Positions 1 through 9,048 of a DNA stretch of 59,975 nucleotides are shown here, one piece after another; position 1 is the first letter of the stretch, and each line of letters begins with the position of its first letter. Location of the stretch: positions 1-59,975 of the IMG/VR virus record IMGVR_UViG_3300033067_002221. One strand, given 5' to 3'. Below the pieces are notes generated by a model. The model was not told the origin of the DNA and did not search any database. It worked only from the letters and a program-made list of their open reading frames with translations. Both the position numbers and the translations under genes were made by a program. Origin of the DNA: a virus. Its lineage: Duplodnaviria > Caudoviricetes.

Positions 1-10
1 CCTGCTCTGC

Positions 11-805
11 ATGCTCACCGACAGCGAGAAGGTCCACATCGGCGACTCGCTCGTCTCGAAGATGAAGGAGATCGACATCGTCGAGGGCGACAAGCGCGCC
101 GCGGTGGCCGAGCACAACGCGAAGCTCAAGGAGCTGCGCAAGGAGAAGGATCGGCTCTTCAAGGCCTACGACGTCGGCGCCGAGGAGCGCGAGGTCGCGT
201 GCCGCGAGGAGCCGGGCGAGAACGGAACGATCCGCGTCTACCGTATCGACACGGGCGAGTGGCTTCAGGACCCGCGCGCGGGCGCCGAGAAGCAGCTCGA
301 GATCCCGCTCGCGCGCCCCGGGAAGGCCTGCCAAGGCTGCGGCAACGTCGACGGCACGCACCACCCGTCGTGCGCTGCCTCCGAAGTGGTCGAGCCGGCG
401 GCCGAGGTCGCGCCCTCCACGCCCGCGCCGAAGGTTGCGAAGCCCGACGAGCCGCGCGACCACGTCGGCGTCGGCCTCGACAAGTCCGAGTACCCGATCA
501 CCGCGAGCGAGCACCGCAAGGTGCAGAAGGGCAAGACGCTCGTGCTCGACGCCGAGCGATGCGGCACCGAGAGCGGCGTCGAGATCGTGCTCTCGCGCGC
601 GCCGGCATCGGAGGAGCACCCCGCGACGGTCGAGGACGAGATCGGCCCTGACGAGGAGGCGCTCGCCGCGCTCGCCGACGAGCAGCTCGCGAACGGTGAT
701 GCGCCCGAGCTCGAGGTCGACGCAGCGCTCGCCGAGGGCAAGCCGCTCCCGAAGCCGAAGCGCGGGCGCCCCACGCGCAAGGCCGCTGCAGCCGAGGCGG
801 AGTGA
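11..805 (+). CDS. hypothetical phage protein (coiled-coil N-terminus, CxxC); probably 5'-truncated by the window edge
   Basis: Frame is open to the window edge; GC3-rich codons; stop overlaps the next start (GTGA). Confidence 0.75.
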   Translation: MLTDSEKVHIGDSLVSKMKEIDIVEGDKRAAVAEHNAKLKELRKEKDRLFKAYDVGAEEREVACREEPGENGTIRVYRIDTGEWLQDPRAGAEKQLEIPLARPGKACQGCGNVDGTHHPSCAASEVVEPAAEVAPSTPAPKVAKPDEPRDHVGVGLDKSEYPITASEHRKVQKGKTLVLDAERCGTESGVEIVLSRAPASEEHPATVEDEIGPDEEALAALADEQLANGDAPELEVDAALAEGKPLPKPKRGRPTRKAAAAEAE

Positions 806-1152
806 TCGTGGCCGCCCCGAACACGGCCCGCACTGGAGAGGGCGCCGTCTGCCGCGACTGCGGCGGAGCGCTGGAGCCTCATGACCCGCCCGACGTGCAC
901 TCGGGCGCGATGACGTGCATCCGCGTGCTGCGGCAGGAAGTCGCCCGGCTCGGGCTCGTCGTCGACGCGGCGCGCGGCAAGGGCGCGCACGCCGAGACGA
1001 TCGCGATCGAGGCGGAGACGGTCAGCGAACGGATCCGCACCGCGACCATGGGCAAAGGCGACTGGGACGGCGCAGAGTCGGAACTGCGGGGGCTCGACGC
1101 TGCGCTCGAGGCCTACCGCATCGACCACCCGAAGCCGGAGGGAGGCGAGTGA
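802..1152 (+). CDS. hypothetical protein (CxxC)
   Basis: Coupled GTGA overlaps on both sides. Confidence 0.65.
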   Translation: MIVAAPNTARTGEGAVCRDCGGALEPHDPPDVHSGAMTCIRVLRQEVARLGLVVDAARGKGAHAETIAIEAETVSERIRTATMGKGDWDGAESELRGLDAALEAYRIDHPKPEGGE

Positions 1153-1784
1153 CCGCTGCCCAGCGCGCGCTGCTTCCGCGGCACGACCTCGTCCCCGCGA
1201 GCCGCATCCTCGGGCTCGTCGGGGACGTCACCGAGGCGCCGGATGGAGACCCGCAGGCGTGGCTCTGGCGGAGCGACCAGCGCGCGCCGGCGCCGCGCGT
1301 GATCTCCGTCGACGTAGGCGCGGACGCTGCGATCGCCGTGATCGACGACGGCGGCGCGCACGTCCTCGGCTTTCGCTTCCCTCGCCTCGACGCCGACACG
1401 ATGTACGGCTTCCGGGACGTCTGGAAGTGGCTGAACGCGCTGCCGGGCCCGACGCCCGCGCGCTCGCTCGTTGTCGTCGAGGACTCCTTTGCGGGTATGA
1501 CCGGCCGCGCGAATCCGAAGGTGAAGGCGTCGCTCGACCGGCGGATCGGCGCGTTCGTGTGGACGCTCGCGGGGCTCGGGCCCGTGTGCCGCGTGCTCGC
1601 GGTGCAGTGGCAGTCCGACATGATCGGGCGCGCCACGCGCGATGCCGGGAAGCAGCGCTCGCTCGACGTGGCGCGCGCGCGCTTCCCCGGACTGGGCGTC
1701 GAGACGGACCACGAAGCAGACGCCGTCCTGCTCGGGCTTTGGGCTCGAGGCGGGCGGATGCCGAAGTCACACGCGACGAAATGA
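1149..1784 (+). CDS. RuvC-like Holliday junction resolvase
   Basis: VISVDVG, VVVED, QWQ and HEADAVLLG give the RuvC acidic-residue pattern; GTG start after GGAGG. Confidence 0.7.
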   Translation: MTAAQRALLPRHDLVPASRILGLVGDVTEAPDGDPQAWLWRSDQRAPAPRVISVDVGADAAIAVIDDGGAHVLGFRFPRLDADTMYGFRDVWKWLNALPGPTPARSLVVVEDSFAGMTGRANPKVKASLDRRIGAFVWTLAGLGPVCRVLAVQWQSDMIGRATRDAGKQRSLDVARARFPGLGVETDHEADAVLLGLWARGGRMPKSHATK

Positions 1785-3415
1785 GTAGGAGCAAGACCAT
1801 GCAGATCACGAGCTCAATCGACGTGACGCCGCGCTCGAAGCAGACGCCGAAGCACGACCCGCAGTACGCGGAGTTCATCGAGCGCATCGGTCGCCGATTC
1901 GCCCAAGCGCACGACATCAGCCCGATCTTCACGACGGACGCCGAGGGGTTGTGGGACGCCTACCTCGCTGCGTCCCCCGAGCACGACCGGCAGCACCGCA
2001 ACTGCCACGCCTGCAGGCACTTCGTCGAGCGCTTCGGCGGCCTCGCCATCATCGGCGCCGAGGGGGCCATCGTCTCCGCGCTGTGGGCGCCTGGCGCTCC
2101 GGACGAGTACAGCGCCGCGTCCGACGAGCTCGCGCGAATCGTGGCGCGGGCGAACGTGACCGGCGTTTTCATCTCGAGCGACAAGACGCTCGGCACGCCG
2201 ACGACGGGCCCGTGGTCGCACCTCTCGACGCCGAACCCGGCGCCGTACAAGGCGCGCGGGCTGCTGAACGCGTCGCAGGCTGCTGCGGCGAAGCTCGAGG
2301 AGCTCGGGATGCTCTCGCGCGGCCTCGCCGAGTTCCAGGTCGACGTCGTGCGCATGGCGCACTCGCACCTGACGAACGGCTCGCTCTTCCGGTCCGAGAA
2401 ACACGTTGCGGCGGCGAAGTGGCTGCTCGACCTGCACGAGCGGCGTGCGTCGACGAAGAACGAGAAGGCGCGCGAGGCGATGACGTGGGTCGCCGTTGCC
2501 GACGCGCCGCCCGGCTGGTGCCACGTCCGCAGCGGCATGCTCGGCACGCTGCTCGAGGACATCGGCTCGGGCATGCCGTTCGAGACGTTGAAGCGCCGCT
2601 TCGACGAGAAGATGGACCCGCTCGCATACATGCGGCCGACCGCCGCTCCCGCCGCGGGGGCGATCGCCCAGGCCGAGAAGCTCGTCGACGCGCTCGGCAT
2701 CACGCGCTCGCTGGAGCGTCGGTTCGCGCGCCTCGACGACGTGCAGAAACTCTGGACGCCGGCGCCACCGAAGACGCCCACCGCGCGCGCCGGCGGCGTC
2801 TTCGCGCACCTGAGCACGAAGACGCTCGGAGGCCCGCTGCTCTCGACGGCCGCGCCGGTTGTGATGACGTGGGAAAAGTTCGCGCGCACCGTGCTCCCGA
2901 CCGCCGAGACGATCGAGTTCGTCGTGCCGATCGGGAGCGCCAACTTCTGCGCGTTCCTCACGGCGACGCACGCGAACGCGCCGCCGATCCTGCAATGGGA
3001 TCGCCCCGAGAAGCGCAACCCGGTCAGCTGGTACGTCTACCACGGCGGATCGCCGGCCTCGCGCTGGGGGCTGCACAGCGGGTCGACGGTCACGGTGACG
3101 GCGATCGTGGCGCAGCCGACGGCATGGGACTCCGAGCGGCCGATCACGCACCACGGCGAGTCGGTGATGCTCGTGCTCGAGGGGGCCCAGGACTCGCAGC
3201 CGTTCGGGCTCGCGCTCTTCCCCGAGGTGTGCCGCTCCGAGCTGCACGAGGTCCGCTCCGTCATCGAGGCGCACAACCGGTCGACGAAGCCGACGGGCGC
3301 CGAAGCTGCGGAGGTCTGCGGGCTGAGGCTGCAGAAGGGCTCGGTCTTCAACGCCGTCGTGTACGTCGTCTCGGCCGGCGTGCGCGTCGCCTACAAGCTG
3401 GATCGGTGGGACTGA
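1781..3415 (+). CDS. large hypothetical phage protein with RQHRNCHACRHF motif
   Basis: 544-aa ORF, ATGA overlap, globular composition. Confidence 0.8.
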   Translation: MSRSKTMQITSSIDVTPRSKQTPKHDPQYAEFIERIGRRFAQAHDISPIFTTDAEGLWDAYLAASPEHDRQHRNCHACRHFVERFGGLAIIGAEGAIVSALWAPGAPDEYSAASDELARIVARANVTGVFISSDKTLGTPTTGPWSHLSTPNPAPYKARGLLNASQAAAAKLEELGMLSRGLAEFQVDVVRMAHSHLTNGSLFRSEKHVAAAKWLLDLHERRASTKNEKAREAMTWVAVADAPPGWCHVRSGMLGTLLEDIGSGMPFETLKRRFDEKMDPLAYMRPTAAPAAGAIAQAEKLVDALGITRSLERRFARLDDVQKLWTPAPPKTPTARAGGVFAHLSTKTLGGPLLSTAAPVVMTWEKFARTVLPTAETIEFVVPIGSANFCAFLTATHANAPPILQWDRPEKRNPVSWYVYHGGSPASRWGLHSGSTVTVTAIVAQPTAWDSERPITHHGESVMLVLEGAQDSQPFGLALFPEVCRSELHEVRSVIEAHNRSTKPTGAEAAEVCGLRLQKGSVFNAVVYVVSAGVRVAYKLDRWD

Positions 3416-3852
3416 TGCACCGCATCCGCATCCGCTGCCGCCCGAAGCCGCCGTTCAAGGGACCTACCGGCATCACGGTCACGCGCATCGCCGGATGGCG
3501 TGACGTCGAGGTGGTCGCCGTCGCCGAGGACGGGACCGAGATGCCGCTGACGAACGTGCAGAGCGTCTCGTTCACGCTCGATGCGAGCGAGCAGCCTGCG
3601 CGCGCAGTCGTGACATTCCTACAGCCCGAGATCGACGTCGAGGCGGTCGTCGCCGACAACGCGCCGGCTCCGGACTCGGACGCCGCGCGAGCGCTCAAGG
3701 ACGTACAGGACGCTCGCCTGCTGCAAGAGGACTGCGGCGTCGAACTGAGCGCCGCGGACGTCCAACGCGTGCGCGACATGCCGCACGTCGAGCGCGTGAG
3801 CCGCGTCGGCGCCGCGCTCGCGAAGCGGCGCCAGATGTTCGGTGAGCCGTGA
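3415..3852 (+). CDS. hypothetical protein
   Basis: TGATG overlap; MHRIRIRCRP start. Confidence 0.65.
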   Translation: MHRIRIRCRPKPPFKGPTGITVTRIAGWRDVEVVAVAEDGTEMPLTNVQSVSFTLDASEQPARAVVTFLQPEIDVEAVVADNAPAPDSDAARALKDVQDARLLQEDCGVELSAADVQRVRDMPHVERVSRVGAALAKRRQMFGEP

Positions 3853-4199
3853 CGACAGCCGTCGCGCGCTGCCGCGTGTGCCTGCGCCCGTTGACCTCGC
3901 GCGCGTCCGTCGCCGAGGGCATGGGCCCGGTCTGCGCGGTGCGCGCGGCGCAGGTGCCGCTCGACCTCGACGCGGCGAGCGAGGTGGTCGAACCCGCCGC
4001 GCCCGCCGCCCCGGCCACCGACTACGCCGCGACGCCGTTCCACGATTGGCCGTGGGTCCGCGAGCACCGCGCCGCGCGCGCGGGCGACCCGCGACACGTC
4101 GACAGCTGCGATGGCTGCCACGACTACGGCGTGTGCGCGTGGCATGCCGGCCGCGCGAGCGCTCGATCCGCAGAGAAAACAAGGGAGAACGCAGCATGA
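3849..4199 (+). CDS. DUF6011-like zinc-binding protein
   Basis: CRVCLRPLTSRASVAEGMGPVC matches the CxxC-RPLT-S-G-GPxC pattern. Confidence 0.6.
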   Translation: MTTAVARCRVCLRPLTSRASVAEGMGPVCAVRAAQVPLDLDAASEVVEPAAPAAPATDYAATPFHDWPWVREHRAARAGDPRHVDSCDGCHDYGVCAWHAGRASARSAEKTRENAA

Positions 4200-5143
4200 G
4201 CCGCCGAGCCACGCTCGAGATCGTCGAAGCCCATGACGTGCCCGCCTCCCCGCTCGCGGAGTGGATCGCCGCCGAGGACGAGCGCCTCGACTCGCGCGAT
4301 GACGAGCGGCGGGAGGCGACCGCGCTCTTCGAGCAGGTTGGGGCCGCCGCTGAAGACGTCGACGCGTTCCTCGTCGAGGGGGTGCTCAAGCCGCTCGCCG
4401 CGTTCGGCAAGGGGCTCCTGAAGCCGCGACCGAAGCGCGACCCCGACGTGCGCTGGCCGAACGAGATCGCCGCGCTGCGGGCCTACGTGAACCAGGCCGA
4501 CGCCCGCGCCCGGCGCTCGCCGACGGCACGGCTCGCGGTGCACTGCGAGACCGGCGGCACGTTCACCGCGGCCCTGCGCCCCGCCGAGCCGCGGATGGAC
4601 GACGGGCTTCGGCACGTCGGTCGCGCGCTCGCGCAGATCGACGAGGCGACGTTCGACTGGCTCGTGCGCGCGTACGACGAGCTGCACCCGCCGCGCATCC
4701 GCACCGAAGGGGGCGAGAGCCGGAACACGAGAGGCAACGGCTTCGGGGGCGTGGCCGTGGGGAGCGCGCAGGCGATTGCCGCGTCCATGCGCGAGGCCGG
4801 CGACACCGCCGCGACGTGGCAGCGGCTCGTCGCCGAGGAATGCGACCTGCCGGCCGACGAGGCGACGCTCGAGCGCATCGACGCCGCCGTGAAGGGGGCG
4901 AAGCGCGCGCTGCGTGCCGCGCTCCGGGCCGTGGAGCTCGACACCCGGCCGCGGTGGCTCATCCCGCCGGCGACGAGGCGCGAGATCGAGCGGGACGTCG
5001 CGCCCGAGGTCGTGACGACCTGCCTCGGCGCGCCCGTGCTCGACGGCGTGCGTGGGCCATGCGGCGAGGGCGAGGCGCTCGCGTCCGACGTCGCGGCGTC
5101 GCCGCGGTGCGAGCGGTGCGGCAAGCCTTGGGGGCGAGCGTGA
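4196..5143 (+). CDS. hypothetical protein (C-terminal CxxC); possible late regulator by position
   Basis: RBS GGGAGA, ATGA overlap; function not assignable. Confidence 0.65.
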   Translation: MSRRATLEIVEAHDVPASPLAEWIAAEDERLDSRDDERREATALFEQVGAAAEDVDAFLVEGVLKPLAAFGKGLLKPRPKRDPDVRWPNEIAALRAYVNQADARARRSPTARLAVHCETGGTFTAALRPAEPRMDDGLRHVGRALAQIDEATFDWLVRAYDELHPPRIRTEGGESRNTRGNGFGGVAVGSAQAIAASMREAGDTAATWQRLVAEECDLPADEATLERIDAAVKGAKRALRAALRAVELDTRPRWLIPPATRREIERDVAPEVVTTCLGAPVLDGVRGPCGEGEALASDVAASPRCERCGKPWGRA

Positions 5144-5304
5144 GCGCCGACCGCCTGCGCTGGATCGCGACCGCTGCCGAAACGCTCTGGCGCGAGCGCC
5201 ACCCGGAGGTGCTCCCGCGAGTGCTGGATCGGTACGCCTCGGTCAGCGTGTTCATGAACGGCAAGGAGCTGCGCGAGGTGCGCAGCGTGGAGTTCCGGCG
5301 ATGA
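5140..5304 (+). CDS. small hypothetical protein
   Basis: GTGA and ATGA coupling. Confidence 0.5.
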   Translation: MSADRLRWIATAAETLWRERHPEVLPRVLDRYASVSVFMNGKELREVRSVEFRR

Positions 5305-5729
5305 GCGGCACGAAGTCGGCGCCGCCGACGTTCCCCTCCGACGTCTACCTGGTGCACCTCGACGCCGCGCAGCTCGAGGCGATCGAACGCGATGCGTCCC
5401 GCGGCACTTACGCCGACCCGGACCATGTGCCCGCGCCGGCGACGTTCGAGGAGATTCGCGCGAACGTCGAGAAGCTCGGCAAGCCGCCGCCGATCCCGAA
5501 GGAGCTGCTCGAGGCGCTTCATCGCGAGATCCAGCGGCGGATCTACGAGGGCAGCGTCTACCCGGAGTTGAAGTTCACGAAGCCGCTCGTCGACACCGCG
5601 CCGCTCGGGCCGACGGGCGTGATGCCTCCGACCTTCCGCCCTCGCCTGCCGCCCGCCGAGTACGCGACCTTCGGCGTGCCCTTCACGCTCAGAGATCTCG
5701 GCTGGCGCATGCCGGAGAAGAAGAAGTGA
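5301..5729 (+). CDS. hypothetical protein
   Basis: Coupled ORF, GC3-rich. Confidence 0.65.
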   Translation: MSGTKSAPPTFPSDVYLVHLDAAQLEAIERDASRGTYADPDHVPAPATFEEIRANVEKLGKPPPIPKELLEALHREIQRRIYEGSVYPELKFTKPLVDTAPLGPTGVMPPTFRPRLPPAEYATFGVPFTLRDLGWRMPEKKK

Positions 5730-5992
5730 CCGCCGGGCTCTTTGGCCACGTCGCGTTCGTCTACTTCGGCGGCGAGTTGGAGCAGGTGCAGTCGCTCCGC
5801 ACGGCGAGCGGGCGTGGCTTCTGGCCAGAAGTTTGGGAGAGGGCGATCCTGCTCCCGGACTTCCGCGCCGAGCGAATCTTGCTCCGCGGCCACACCTTCG
5901 ACGCGCCTGGTCAGCGCGTGATCATCTACGCCGAGAGCGAAGCGATCGCGCGGGCGTGCTGGGCAACGCGCTCCGGCGGCAGCGCGATCTAG
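5726..5992 (+). CDS. hypothetical protein
   Basis: GTGA overlap. Confidence 0.55.
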   Translation: MTAGLFGHVAFVYFGGELEQVQSLRTASGRGFWPEVWERAILLPDFRAERILLRGHTFDAPGQRVIIYAESEAIARACWATRSGGSAI

Positions 5993-6237
5993 CCCGTCGC
6001 GCCGAGCGGTAGCTCGAGCTGCTGGCGCTCGACGCGCGTCGGCCTGCGCCGCATCGCCCATTCGTCGAGCTCCGCGCGGTATGCGACGACGAGCTTCGGC
6101 CCGTAGGTGAAGACGGGCATCCCGCGATCCGCCCACCGGCGCGCCGTCGCAGGGTCGACGCCGAGCGCGTCCGCGATCGCCTTCCAGCCGAGGAGATCGG
6201 GGCGCTCGCGTCGCTGCACCTTCTGCTCGCCGACCAT
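5989..6237 (-). CDS. MerR/excisionase-like helix-turn-helix protein
   Basis: LLGWKAIADALGVDPATARRWADRGMPV...AYRAELDEW; GGAGG RBS upstream. Confidence 0.75.
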   Translation of the reverse strand: MVGEQKVQRRERPDLLGWKAIADALGVDPATARRWADRGMPVFTYGPKLVVAYRAELDEWAMRRRPTRVERQQLELPLGATG

Positions 6238-6393
6238 CCCCGCCTCCTTCGCGCCGATACCAGCCCGGCACGCCCTCGGAAGGTGCCACGCCTGCCGCGG
6301 TCTGCGCAACCTCGCCGCGTTGCGCGCGACGAGGCCGTCACGTGCGCCGATGCGCGCGGGGACAATCGCCTCGGCGAGTGCGAAGTTCTCGTC

Positions 6394-6618
6394 ATGCTCG
6401 GAGACGGGTCGGGGGACGCGATCGAGTTGACGCCGTGGCTCTCGAGGAGCGACTCGATGCAGGTGCCGACCGGGTTCGACGTGGCCTGGGACGAAGACGC
6501 CCCCGAGCACGTGGTGCTCCTCGACGGGCACGGCAAGGGCATCGAGCTCGAGCTGGCGCCAGAGGCGTCGACCCGGCTTCGGTGGGCCGTGATGGCCGAC
6601 CAGAGCGGCGAGGCCTGA
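6394..6618 (+). CDS. small acidic hypothetical protein
   Basis: 74-aa ORF with coding-like codon use. Confidence 0.45.
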   Translation: MLGDGSGDAIELTPWLSRSDSMQVPTGFDVAWDEDAPEHVVLLDGHGKGIELELAPEASTRLRWAVMADQSGEA

Positions 6619-6627
6619 CGAATTCGG

Positions 6628-6778
6628 GTCGCTCGGTTCGACCCTGTGTGCGAGTCGTCCGACGTACACCCGCGATGGTGACTTCGTCGGTGTAGCGACG
6701 CTCCCGGCACAGCTGCTCCATCGCGCGGCAAACCGGCCCAAGTCGCCGCTCGCACAGAGGGCCGAACCCCAGAGCGAC
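6628..6778. ncRNA. candidate structured RNA (Y-shaped three-way junction)
   Basis: 6628-6654 pairs with 6749-6778 (about 27 bp, 2 mismatches, one bulge) and encloses two internal hairpins; intergenic. Confidence 0.45.
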
Positions 6779-6821
6779 GTGAAGCCGCCATCGAGCGGCC
6801 TGGTAGGAGAGGAGTGGCCCG

Positions 6822-7136
6822 ATGGTCGACGCCGCGTTCCTCACGGCCGCACAGGCCGCCTTCGAGTCGGAGGTCGCCCGAATCCTCGGCCGGTCGCCGT
6901 TCCCCGCGCACACGCGCGCTGGGACGCGCTGGACGGGTCGCGAGCAGGTCACCATCGACGGCCCCGTCTGCGCCGGGGAGCTCGCCGCCCGCGACCTCGC
7001 CGCCTTCCTGCACAACCGCCGCATCGTCGCCCTCGCCGGAGCGCCCGTCATCGTCGCCTGCGCCACCAGCAGCGGCGTCATCGGGTTCGCCTGGCGGATG
7101 GACGCGACGGTCGAACGGTCGGCAGGGCCGGCGTGA
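6822..7136 (+). CDS. hypothetical protein
   Basis: Strong RBS AGGAGAGGAG. Confidence 0.6.
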   Translation: MVDAAFLTAAQAAFESEVARILGRSPFPAHTRAGTRWTGREQVTIDGPVCAGELAARDLAAFLHNRRIVALAGAPVIVACATSSGVIGFAWRMDATVERSAGPA

Positions 7137-7243
7137 AGGCCAGGTCTCCGTGTCCGGAATGACACGCGAGAACGAAGACGACGCGGAACGCACGCACGTC
7201 GCGACTCGCGCACGCGCGCGCACGCGCGACCCCGAGTAGCCAT

Positions 7244-7702
7244 GTGGGACACCCTGCGTTCCGGACCGTAAAGCAGCGGACGGCCTACATCGCCGGCCTC
7301 ATGGAGCGTGGCGAGTGGGTGCCCTACCGCACCGCGCGCGAGCTCGCGGCCGACTGGTCGCTCGCCCTGTCGACGGTGCGGGACTACTCGGCGAACGCGT
7401 CGCACGGGCTGACGCTCGGGATGGACGCCGCGGACCTTGAGGCGGCGCGCGCTCGGAACTGGTTGCGGCTCGACGAGGTGTACGAGCTCGCGACGAAGGG
7501 CGACGTGAACGGCCGGCTGGCCCTGCGGTCGGCCGTCGCCGCGATCGAGCTGCAGTCGAAGATGGCCGGGCTGCTCGAGCCCGTCGGCGAGCAGGGCGCG
7601 CGGGCCCCCACCGAGATCGTCGTCCACTACGGCGACGTCGCCCCGCTCGAGGACGACAGCAGCGCGCCCACGCCCGAGGTGGAGCCCGAGGTCAAGCCGT
7701 GA
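7244..7702 (+). CDS. terminase small subunit (putative)
   Basis: N-terminal HTH-like segment (ARELAADWSLALSTVRDY); directly upstream of and overlapping terL; start uncertain. Confidence 0.65.
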   Translation: MGHPAFRTVKQRTAYIAGLMERGEWVPYRTARELAADWSLALSTVRDYSANASHGLTLGMDAADLEAARARNWLRLDEVYELATKGDVNGRLALRSAVAAIELQSKMAGLLEPVGEQGARAPTEIVVHYGDVAPLEDDSSAPTPEVEPEVKP

Positions 7703-9048
7703 CGCAGGCGCTCACGGTCGACTTCTCGGCGCGCCCGCAGGCGCTCGCGCACCGCGCGTTTCGGCCGAAGCAGACGGTGTGCATCCCCTGGGGCCGAGGC
7801 GGCGGGAAGAGCACCGTCCTCCGGCTCCTCTGCTACCTGCTCATCGCCTGGTGGGACTCGCGCAAGAGGCCCGGCTCCGACGAGACCGGCGTCCGGATCG
7901 CGATCATCCTGCCGACGCTGGTGCAGGCGCGGAAGATCCACCTGCGCAAGATGGTGGCCGAGCTCGCCGGGCGGTGGGCCTGGCTCGGCGCGAAGCCGAA
8001 CCTCAGCGAGTTCCGCTTCGACTTCCCCGGCGGCAGCTGGATCCAGTTCGTGAGCGCCGAGGCCCTCGAGGGCGCGCGCGGCTTGCGCCTCGACGTCGCG
8101 ATCGTCGACGAGGCGGACGACGTCGACATCGAGCCGTTCGACGCGATCCTGATCCCCTGGTTCACCGAGCCGCACTCGCTGTGCATGACGCTCGTGAGCG
8201 GCACCCCGAAGCGGGGGCGCTACGGCCTGCTCTACCGCACGCATGCGCGCGGCATCGGCAAGCTCCTCGACGACGACGGGCGGCGCTTCACCGACCACCG
8301 CTCGTTTCACGCGAGCTGCTACGACTTCCCGCGGTACGTCAGCGCCGCCGCGATCGCGAAGGCGAAGCGCGAGACCGCCCCAGCCATCTTCGCCCGCGAG
8401 TGGCTCTGCGACTTCGACAGCGCGGAGGGCCTCGTCTATCCGATGTTCTCGGAGGCGTTCCACGTCCTCGAGCCGCATCACGAGACGGTCTGGAGCGAGG
8501 TGCTTGTCGGCGCCGATTGGGGCTGGGAGGACCCGGCCTGCTTCCTCGTGATCGGCGTGACGGGAGCCGGGCAAGACGCGCGCGCGCACGTCATCCACGA
8601 GGTCTACCGCTCGCACATGACGGACGACCAGCTCGTCGCCGAGGCGGCGCAGATCGTCGGCTGGTATCCCTCGGCGAAGTGGTTCCCGGACCCCTCGAGG
8701 CCCGACCGCATCGCGCTGCTCAAGTCGAAGGCCGGCGTCCGCTTCGGCGACGTCGACAACGCGATCGAGGCCGGCGTCGACTGCGTGAGCAACCTGCTCG
8801 CGGTCCGACCGCGCGAGAACGCGCAGCCCGAGGCCCGGCTCTACGTCTCCTCGCGGTGCCCGAACACCATCCGCGAGATGGGGGTCTACCGCCGCAAGCG
8901 GGACCCGAAGAACAAGGAACGCGTCCTCGACGACATCGAGGACAAGAACAACCACGCGATGGACGCCCTCCGCTACCCGCTGCTCGCTCGCTTCCGAGTT
9001 CGCGAGAAGGGCGGCCGGAACGATCGCGGCGCGGAGCAGAGGCAATGA
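7699..9048 (+). CDS. terL: terminase large subunit (PBSX-like)
   Basis: Walker A GRGGGKS, Walker B AIVDEAD, SGTP coupling motif, nuclease motifs GADWG and NNHAMDALRY. Confidence 0.95.
   Translation: MTQALTVDFSARPQALAHRAFRPKQTVCIPWGRGGGKSTVLRLLCYLLIAWWDSRKRPGSDETGVRIAIILPTLVQARKIHLRKMVAELAGRWAWLGAKPNLSEFRFDFPGGSWIQFVSAEALEGARGLRLDVAIVDEADDVDIEPFDAILIPWFTEPHSLCMTLVSGTPKRGRYGLLYRTHARGIGKLLDDDGRRFTDHRSFHASCYDFPRYVSAAAIAKAKRETAPAIFAREWLCDFDSAEGLVYPMFSEAFHVLEPHHETVWSEVLVGADWGWEDPACFLVIGVTGAGQDARAHVIHEVYRSHMTDDQLVAEAAQIVGWYPSAKWFPDPSRPDRIALLKSKAGVRFGDVDNAIEAGVDCVSNLLAVRPRENAQPEARLYVSSRCPNTIREMGVYRRKRDPKNKERVLDDIEDKNNHAMDALRYPLLARFRVREKGGRNDRGAEQRQ

Noticed and set aside
802-1152. ORFs ending in GGE (802-1152, 36493-36765) as Pup-like partners for the ARC-like ATPase
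   Set aside because: The first GGE is explained by the overlapping RBS GGAGG and GTG start; the second is a membrane protein; neither resembles small disordered Pup
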